A DNA stretch of 64,000 nt from Octopus bimaculoides. Its lineage: Eukaryota. The translations under genes were made by a program, and so were the position numbers. The notes beneath the pieces were generated by a model. It did not search any database, was not told the origin of the DNA, and saw nothing but the letters and a program-made list of their open reading frames with translations. The DNA lies in the NCBI RefSeq assembly GCF_001194135.2, contig NC_068988.1:40973241-41037240 (forward strand). The letters are read 5' to 3'. Shown here in pieces: positions 54,688-64,000 of the stretch (its first letter is position 1; every line of letters starts with the position of its first letter).

Positions 54688-54930
54688 ATCTCAGCGATTT
54701 ATGTGCGTTTGAAGTTATTTCCCACGTTAGGCAATAATACATTTATCAACAAGTATTCTTTAAGTGCTCATCGATCCGAAACAAAGTACATTATCATTTT
54801 CGTTAGTAATTTTATTATAGAGTAGAAGTGGTGAGATTACAGCCGTGGCCTTTGTTTTTCTCCCTCGTTTGCTCTTGGTTTTACTTGATATTTTTCTTAT
54901 AAGTCATTTTATATCGACGTATATACTACG
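54688..54930. repeat. Dispersed repeat copy 2 (partner at 50700-50950)
   Basis: See copy 1. Confidence 0.75.
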
Positions 54931-54968
54931 TGTGTGTGCGCGCGCGTGCGTAGTGGGTAGGAAAGAAG

Positions 54969-55043
54969 CTTCTACTATAGCCTCGGGCCGACCAAAGCCT
55001 TGTGAGTGGATTTGGTAGATAGTTGAAAGAAGCCCGTCGTATA
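54969..55043 (+). mobile_element. SINE family B fragment ending at the TA used by the Tc1 insertion
   Basis: cttctactatagcctcgggccgaccaaagccttgtgagtggatttggtaga...gaaagaagcccgtcgtaTA. Confidence 0.75.
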
Positions 55044-56092
55044 CAGGGGTTGGACAAAATAATGGAAACACCTTAAAATTTCAAACAAATTTATTTTAAT
55101 ATGGGGTAGGATTGCCTTTGGCAGTAATTACAGCTTGAATTCTACGAAGTATGGACTTGTACAATGTTTAACTGTTTCCAAAGCAATTTTTGTCCATTCT
55201 TCAGCTAAAACAGTCTCTAGTTCTTGTAGTGATGATGGTGGAGGATATCGACTCCTTAGCTATCTTTTTTTTTTAAATGCACCATAAATTTTCAATAATA
55301 TTGAGATCTGGGGACTGTGGTGGATAGATAAGATGTTCAACTTCATTAGAGTGTTCCTCGTGCCATTCAGTAACAACTTTAGCTGTGTTCATTAGTGGAT
55401 TATCATCCTGAAAGATTGCGTTTCCCTCTGGAAACAGTTCTGCAACCATAGGATGAATTTGATCAGATAAAATGCTTAAATGGCTTGAGTATTGATTCTG
55501 GCATGAAGAGAAACCATTAGGTTGGCGAATTTCTAAGATATAGCCCCACCCAGATCATCACAAATCCCCCTCCATGTTTAACAGTTGGAAGAAGGTAGTC
55601 TGGGTCAAATACTTCTTTTGGTTATCTCCTCATGTATACTCGGCCAGTGGTCGGAAATAAGGTAAAGGATGACTCGTCTGAGAAAATCCCATTCTTCCAC
55701 TGTTCTAGCGACCAATTCTGTAGATTTTTACTCCACTCTAAACGCTTTGCAACATTTGTTTTTGAAAGTAGTGGTTTCCTGATTGCAGCACTCCCGTGAA
55801 ACCCGAGTGCAGCTCCTCGGCGAATAGTTTTTATGGAAATGGGTTCTCGAGGTGGTCATTAAGCTCTGCAGTAATTTTGGGAACTGTACTTTTGTGATAT
55901 TTTCTAAGGATTCGTGTAAGGGTCCGACGGTTCCTATCTGAAAGTTTTTTTTCCGGAGTTTTGGTTCGATGAGGAGGCTTTTCCCTCTTTCTCAAAGCCT
56001 ATCATTACTTTCGAGACAGTACTTCTTAACACACCAAACATTTTGGCTGTTTTCGTTACGCTAGCGCCTGCCATACGAGGACCAACAATTTG
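55042..56092 (-). mobile_element. Tc1-family DNA transposon with a decayed DDE transposase; the other end lies in the N gap
   Basis: TA target plus terminus CAGGGGTTGGACAAAATAATGGAAACACC at 55044. Minus-strand translation QIVG..MAGASVTKTAKMFGV.RSTVSKV, FSDESSF, VKHGGG, QDDN, PPQSPDLNIIENLW, and C-terminal AKGNPTPY*. Confidence 0.92.
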
Positions 56093-56510
56093 ANNNNNNN
56101 NNNNNNNNNNNNNNNNNNNNNNNNNNNNNNNNNNNNNNNNNNNNNNNNNNNNNNNNNNNNNNNNNNNNNNNNNNNNNNNNNNNNNNNNNNNNNNNNNNNN
56201 NNNNNNNNNNNNNNNNNNNNNNNNNNNNNNNNNNNNNNNNNNNNNNNNNNNNNNNNNNNNNNNNNNNNNNNNNNNNNNNNNNNNNNNNNNNNNNNNNNNN
56301 NNNNNNNNNNNNNNNNNNNNNNNNNNNNNNNNNNNNNNNNNNNNNNNNNNNNNNNNNNNNNNNNNNNNNNNNNNNNNNNNNNNNNNNNNNNNNNNNNNNN
56401 NNNNNNNNNNNNNNNNNNNNNNNNNNNNNNNNNNNNNNNNNNNNNNNNNNNNNNNNNNNNNNNNNNNNNNNNNNNNNNNNNNNNNNNNNNNNNNNNNNNN
56501 NNNNNNNNNN

Positions 56511-56600
56511 NATATATTCGACAGGCTTCTTTGAGTTTCCGTATACCAAATCGATTCGCGAGGCTTTGATCGGCCCGAGTCTTTAGTAGAAGACTTTGCC
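56511..56600 (-). mobile_element. SINE family B fragment in inverted orientation
   Basis: The reverse complement reads gtcttctactaaagactcgggccgatcaaagcctcgcgaatcgatttggtatacggaaactcaaagaagcctgtcgaatat. Confidence 0.72.
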
Positions 56601-56658
56601 CAAGATTCTTACGAGACAGCTACGCCTGCTCCTACATATATGAACGTATGTATGTGGG

Positions 56659-56719
<61 letters not shown>

Positions 56720-56974
56720 GGCGATATGAAGAGAAAGAAACAATTATGTTAAATGCCATATAACATAAATTCTAGACTTATCGAAATTATCTCCGACTTT
56801 AGAGAATGTTTCATTATTACCAAATAGCAAATTGAGACCCGATCCATATGAAGAGAGAGATAATCGCAAGAATCGAGATTTCTTTAAAGTTGGCGTATCT
56901 TTCAGCAATAGAAGTTTTCTTATTGGGAGATTAGAGGGCAGTCGTGGAGTAATCATTTACTAAATATTCTATAT

Positions 56975-57190
56975 TGGTTTCAAATTATGGCATAAGACCA
57001 GCAATTTTGAAGGAGGAGCCAAATCGATAACATCGACCCCAGCGTTCAGCTGGTACTTATTTTATCGACCACGAAATGATGAAGAACAAAGTCAAGCTCG
57101 TCATAATTTGGACTCAGTTCGCAGAGACGGACGAAATGCGATTAAGCACCTTGCCCGGTGCGCTAAGGATTTTGTCAGCACGCTGCCTTA
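56975..57190 (-). mobile_element. tRNA-derived SINE (family A subfamily with a different tail)
   Basis: catcgaccccagcgttcagctggtacttattttatcgaccacgaaatgatgaag core, with tail tttcaaattatggcataagaccagcaatttt. Confidence 0.7.
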
Positions 57191-57404
57191 CTTAATATTC
57201 TATATTAAACAGAAATTTAGAACTCATGTCTTCTTGCAGACACAGAAGATAAAGTTCAGAATAACATTTTAACCATTTTCTGCTAAACCACTGAAGCATA
57301 AATAAGATGACATAATAGTAGATATACTTCGACCATCTACAACAAAATCGAGCAGTCAAATAAATAGCTGGTACCCTGGAACAAATCGTGCTCGTAGTGC
57401 TTCC

Positions 57405-58480
57405 CATGAAGGCAATCTCCTGCTATGTCAAAATTATTGTACAGATAGCAAGATGAGCCACGCAAGCAAATTCATCCTGAATATATCAAGGCAGTAGGCT
57501 CAAAATATTATAGCTGAGGAATAGAGCTTCTTTGTGCAAAATACGAAGCACTATCTGGCAAATATTCAACCTCCAGATTCTCTGGAAGAAATCCTTTCAG
57601 TACCAAAAGTAACAATGCCATGTATTCATAGACTTTAAAAAGAGTTTTTTGATAGAGACTGGCACAGTGCTCTATAGGTCACAGTGAACAACTTCAACTT
57701 GAGACAAACCTGATGACTAGTACTATCCAACAACAGACTTACGGCAAAGCATTTATTGCAGTTGTCACACAAAAGATGGTAGATGTGGTTCTATACCGGT
57801 TTTGAAATGTGCCAGGTATGCTTCATCACCGCACGCTTGGCAAATATCTTTCTAGGGTGAATCATGAGCAATGTTCTTGAAGACCATGGTGGCATAGTCA
57901 GCATCAGCTGAAGGAATATCCCAAATTTAAGATTTGCTGATGGTAAAAAAGAAGGGAGAATGAGTTGATTGAATTAATCGGCCACTTTCTAAGAGCTTCG
58001 GCAAAGTTTTGAATGGAAATCGGTCTCGATAAAAAGAAACTCGTGACAAAAGCCAACAGTAACGTATGTAAAGACATTCCTGTACAGGGAAAGAAACTCG
58101 ACATAGTGAAGCAATTCAAACAGCTGTGACAATAAATAAAGATAAATGCCTTAAACAAACTCAGAAAAATACTATGTGATGGGAGGAAAAATATCAGAAT
58201 CTCATGCACACTGGAACTTTCAGTGTTTCTGTTCACATGCGAGAAATGGACCCATGCGTGGAGAGATACAAAGAAAGCATCTGTTACAGTAAAGAAGATG
58301 TTACGGAAACTTCTTAGTCACATTTTCTTGGATCACATAAATGAACGGATTCTCAAAACCATTCGATATCACACTGGTCTCCGTTCAGTCCGTCTCACAA
58401 TGGTGAAGCAAAGAAAGGTGCGGTGGTATTACTTTGTAATAAGATCCAGTGGCTTTACAAATGCCTTTCTCCAATGAACC
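57405..58480 (+). mobile_element. Decayed RTE-clade LINE reverse-transcriptase region
   Basis: Remnants in colinear order: GNLLLCQNYCT.....SHASK, IIAEE, QIFNL, HVFIDFK..FDR.WH, LEDHGGIVSI, IPNLRFADG. Confidence 0.82.
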
Positions 58481-58698
58481 GTAAAGGAGGACATAAAGTG
58501 AGGTGGATAGAAGAAAGGGTAGAAGGACAATGTCAAGGGACGGACAGACAAATCATCGGAAATTTGAGCGTAGGTACACAAACGCGGCAGCTGGACAAAT
58601 CTACTGTACAGTGTGTAACCCTTACGACTCTATTGGAAGTTGAAGATCCAAGCGAAGTCATACACTCTCCTCTCACACACCCATAAATGTGTGTGCGT

Positions 58699-58729
<31 letters not shown>

Positions 58730-59385
58730 NNNNNNNNNNNNNNNNNNNNNNNNNNNNNNNNNNNNNNNNNNNNNNNNNNNNNNNNNNNNNNNNNNNNNNN
58801 NNNNNNNNNNNNNNNNNNNNNNNNNNNNNNNNNNNNNNNNNNNNNNNNNNNNNNNNNNNNNNNNNNNNNNNNNNNNNNNNNNNNNNNNNNNNNNNNNNNN
58901 NNNNNNNNNNNNNNNNNNNNNNNNNNNNNNNNNNNNNNNNNNNNNNNNNNNNNNNNNNNNNNNNNNNNNNNNNNNNNNNNNNNNNNNNNNNNNNNNNNNN
59001 NNNNNNNNNNNNNNNNNNNNNNNNNNNNNNNNNNNNNNNNNNNNNNNNNNNNNNNNNNNNNNNNNNNNNNNNNNNNNNNNNNNNNNNNNNNNNNNNNNNN
59101 NNNNNNNNNNNNNNNNNNNNNNNNNNNNNNNNNNNNNNNNNNNNNNNNNNNNNNNNNNNNNNNNNNNNNNNNNNNNNNNNNNNNNNNNNNNNNNNNNNNN
59201 NNNNNNNNNNNNNNNNNNNNNNNNNNNNNNNNNNNNNNNNNNNNNNNNNNNNNNNNNNNNNNNNNNNNNNNNNNNNNNNNNNNNNNNNNNNNNNNNNNNN
59301 NNNNNNNNNNNNNNNNNNNNNNNNNNNNNNNNNNNNNNNNNNNNNNNNNNNNNNNNNNNNNNNNNNNNNNNNNNNNNNNNNNNNN

Positions 59386-59439
<54 letters not shown>

Positions 59440-60381
59440 ATGTATATATGGTTAACATATGTATACATATATGTGTATGTGTGAGTAAAGTATGTCGTGT
59501 ATGTATAGAGACAGACAGACAAACAGAAGAAATCAACAGGATATAGGTGGACACAAATGAAAGGAGTAACAATGAAAATGCATTTAAAATCACTAAAAAA
59601 TAAAATCAACACAACTAAACATAATTAAAGAATGAAACGTAACGTAAAACATAAAATAGATTGACAAACAGAGAAAAAGACCAACAATATTGTCAAAGAA
59701 GCAGATAGCATTATAGGTAAAGAATTACTGAATATAAAGTGTAACATAGTAGCCGAGAAAACAATAAAAGAAAACAAAATAAATTAGAAAAAATTCATCA
59801 ACATATAAGGAAAGGAAGCCAAATATAAAAATCAACAAGACCTTCACAATCTTGGTGGCAGCTATACTGATTGATGCTTAAAAATTACTTCTTTTTCTTT
59901 TTTCAGTGAGATCCTGACTTAGCTACCTGACTATCATACAAATAACAGTTTTCAACGAGGCACGTATTGAAATTGAAAAAGTATAAAATATTGGGGGAAA
60001 ATACAATAAAAAAATAGAGAAAAGGAAGAGAAAGATACTGAAGATAAAAAAAAAACCTCGTCTACTTTTATAAATTCAGCATAGATGGGAGATATAGGGA
60101 AAAGAAAAAGAAAAATCTGACAAAGCTTGTAACACAATAATAAAGAAGTAATTCTGTCGTCTGTTTTGACATTAAGAAATGGTCGCAGTTGTTTGAAAAG
60201 ATGTCATTGACTTAAGCCTCTTGAGGTAATTCGTCATTGCTACGTAACTTTGCCCCTGGCAAAGACAGAGACCTAGATACCAGAATTGGGGTTTATTATT
60301 CACGTCTGCACAGAAAGGAATAGAATATAGGCGAGCGATATATGTAATAAATATATGTATGAGTAAATGTCAGTGTGTGTA

Positions 60382-60497
<116 letters not shown>

Positions 60498-62608
60498 GAG
60501 ACTGAGACGGAGAGATAGACATTTATTTGTAAAGAAGTTAAACCAACCACAATGTCGGTACAACATAAACAGCGAAAAATACTGAAATAGTATGAATGAA
60601 ATGAAGCAACGTTAATCGGTATGGAAAGTTACAGGTGAATCTGTTATGTATATATGTATGCGTATATATGTACGCATGCATGTATATATGTATGTATGTA
60701 TGTATGTATGCATGCATAGTATTACGTATGACAGTTTTTAACTTTCTAATTTTCAAGTTAAATATCAGTTGGTTGATATTCGTTATTTATGTATATGTCC
60801 GTGTACCAGAAAATTACTCATAATCATAAATATCAATGAGATAATATGTATCCCCACTGAAACGTAGATGTTCTGAAAGGACAAGCTATACTGCTATAGA
60901 TACCATTAGAGAAACTCTCATATTGATTTTGGGGGCAAAATGTACTTCTATTTATATCACTAGAGGGGAGATAAATTCCCACCTTCTCCAGCGCCGAGAC
61001 TACCAGATCACGTGATTTCCACATTCCTTGGTCTCGTCAATGATGGACGCTCGACCGCTAGAGGTGACTGTGACTCATCTTCCTGACAACGATATATAGA
61101 AAAACAGTGCCAGAAGAGGTAATGATGTTGTGATTAGCCAGTGAGATTATTAAAAAATAATATTAATCTAGTGATGAGATCGTAGTACCTAATAAATTCA
61201 ATCTGTAACTGGCCTCTGGTTACCTAATGTTATACGCGACTTTGTAACCATTATTAGAACCTGATTAAGTGAACTCTACTCTGAAACTGAAAATTCTTTT
61301 ATATTTACAGGTTATCTGTTATGGCCAGATTATCTGTTTCATCTAAGAAGAAATTTAAGCAAGATCTTCCTCCAAACCTACAGTAAATAGGAAGGACACA
61401 TTGGATATTTAGGTAAAAGATGGATAATTTTGTGTAAATTACTGTAAAAACCTAAAGTAAAGCCAGAAGTTTAAACTCATGCTCCAAGAGGCAACGTGAG
61501 TGTCTCTATAATATATCTCGACCTGTTGTAAATGGCAAACTAATAGTCATTATAATAGAGAAAACGGTTATGTTTAGAACACCTTTGATTATAAATCTGC
61601 TCTTTCTGAACAGATTAGGCACAAAACAGCAATAGTAGTGATCAAAGAATATCTACATATATATATATATATATATTACAGTAATTTGGTCAGTCTGTTT
61701 GTTGTTGAAGGATTCTCACGATTACGTGAGTCTTTTAGTTGAGTAAACATCAATAAGTATTTGACTCTGTTGATTTGTATATGGAGAAAGTTGGATCTAG
61801 ATGCTCTGGTGAAAGTTTTCCGACCCTGTGTTCCTAGAAAATGGCGTACACCAGTGTTAAGCATTTGTTTTTAGCAATCCATGCAATTCAGGCTGCAGAC
61901 CGTTGGGCTGGTTGACCAATACGTTGCAGAAGCACCGTATCATATTTAGTGGCTCAGTATCTTATTGAAACAGCCATTCACAAAACCTTTAAATAAAACT
62001 AATAGAGAATAAATGTCAAAATTAACAATATAAAATTCGTGAAATGGTATAACTGATTTGATCAAACTGACATTAGTATGTGGAGTTTACTTACTTTATC
62101 CACATTGGCAGGATAAATTACGAAGTCGAATCTGCAGAATTCTGGCTCAAAACCTTAAAGGCAGCCAAATGTAGAATACATAATATTTTGAAGAATTCTT
62201 TGTCGTGCACGATATTAACCCAGTTTCATTTAAAAAGTACAAACGTACAAGTTTATATGGAACAAAAAGAAACGAAACAACGCAAAGTAAAATATACTAA
62301 GCAAAATATCACCTTAATGGCAAATCGCTTCTTTCATTTGATCGAATCTTTCATTTGATCGATTAAATTAAGGCATGATTAAAGTTATTTTAGACTACCG
62401 TGAGCATATCGTCTTTTTATGGTTATGTACAACAACATAATCTAATATATGCTTTCTCTATTGAGAAAGATTTGTCGGGGAGGGCTGTGTCTTTCATGCG
62501 GCCACGAAGTTAGAAAAACACGTTTAATATAGAAGTTCAGTGTACACTAACACACACACACGCACGCACGCACACACACACACACATACACACACACACA
62601 CACACACT

Positions 62609-62642
<34 letters not shown>

Positions 62643-63082
62643 NNNNNNNNNNNNNNNNNNNNNNNNNNNNNNNNNNNNNNNNNNNNNNNNNNNNNNNNNN
62701 NNNNNNNNNNNNNNNNNNNNNNNNNNNNNNNNNNNNNNNNNNNNNNNNNNNNNNNNNNNNNNNNNNNNNNNNNNNNNNNNNNNNNNNNNNNNNNNNNNNN
62801 NNNNNNNNNNNNNNNNNNNNNNNNNNNNNNNNNNNNNNNNNNNNNNNNNNNNNNNNNNNNNNNNNNNNNNNNNNNNNNNNNNNNNNNNNNNNNNNNNNNN
62901 NNNNNNNNNNNNNNNNNNNNNNNNNNNNNNNNNNNNNNNNNNNNNNNNNNNNNNNNNNNNNNNNNNNNNNNNNNNNNNNNNNNNNNNNNNNNNNNNNNNN
63001 NNNNNNNNNNNNNNNNNNNNNNNNNNNNNNNNNNNNNNNNNNNNNNNNNNNNNNNNNNNNNNNNNNNNNNNNNNNNNNNNNN

Positions 63083-63139
<57 letters not shown>

Positions 63140-63967
63140 TATATATATATATACTGCAATAACAATTACAACGTTTTTAATCACAGATATGTTCTCACAT
63201 GGCTTACACAGAACAGTTCAAATAGGATGGAAACATTCTTGAAGTATTTACTTCAAGATGCGACAAAGGATAAGCCTCTACGCGGTCATTCAACTTTCTA
63301 ATGATAGCAGACAGATCACCCTGAAAATACACTCTACCATTATAAAGAAGATAGCTAAGAACACAAGAGTACACCGTTTAAGCATGAATTTGGTATTCCT
63401 TTATTTCATCTAAGACACATGTACATGTGTTCGATAATCGAAGATGGCAAATTACAAAGATTATTTTTATCACAGTAAAGACGTCATTGAACCCTGAGAG
63501 CAGTGGGTATAATGTTGTTAATGTCAAGTTTAAACTGGTGTCAGTCAACCCTGAAAGACATGACCAAGAACGATATTCCAAATTGCCAGTGACCAGGGAG
63601 AATGGACTTGACATTGCCCACCAACGAATGAAATCCAAATAACCCAGACAACTGAAGAACGTTAACAGAGAGCAAGACAAGTCAGCTGAAACTTGCTCAA
63701 GGTGGTTAATTCAAGCGAAATGTAAAATGGGCCGAAATGCTTATGACCCTCAGGTACTTGCTGATGATGCCGAAAGATTTTCGAGATTGCGATGGATGCA
63801 GAAGAGATTGTAATACCTTTGAGTAGCTTCTGAAATTACAAATTTATATGAAACGGAAAACAAATAATGCAACAAAACAAATTAATTTTAGATAGACAGA
63901 CTGACAGACATACATATAGATAAATAGATAGATAGATAATTTATACATATATATACGTATGTAAGTG

Positions 63968-64000
<33 letters not shown>

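Noticed and set aside
63427-63700. 71-aa ORF ending TRENGLDI followed by CTGAAGA...GAAAC (possible second PLE 3' end with a hammerhead)
   Set aside because: No convincing stem II or stem I pairing and no GIY-YIG or RT motif nearby.

Overview
AT-rich, microsatellite-dense animal genomic DNA with many N gaps. The repeat content suggests a draft octopus/coleoid cephalopod assembly, which is an inference. One host gene is recognisable, a PRDM1/Blimp-1 orthologue on the + strand. It has an internal PR/SET-domain exon (4347-4626) and a 2-kb terminal exon with five zinc fingers and an acidic tail (14935-16955); the 5' exons are not in the window. The rest is transposon-derived: a decayed Neptune-type Penelope-like element (PLE), a Tc1 transposon, RTE and other LINE fragments, at least three tRNA-derived SINE families and several foldback elements. 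The most interesting signals are four. (1) An inverted cassette in the PRDM1 intron combines a tRNA-like Pol III head, (AAT)n and a hammerhead-ribozyme-like fold, and shares sequence with the 5' end of the PLE 44 kb away. (2) The zinc-finger exon starts at an AG|GT junction resembling a recursive splice site. (3) Two pairs of inverted repeats in the same intron are interleaved (crossing). (4) A foldback element is centred on outward-facing telomeric repeats. All alignments were done by eye; no database searches were run.
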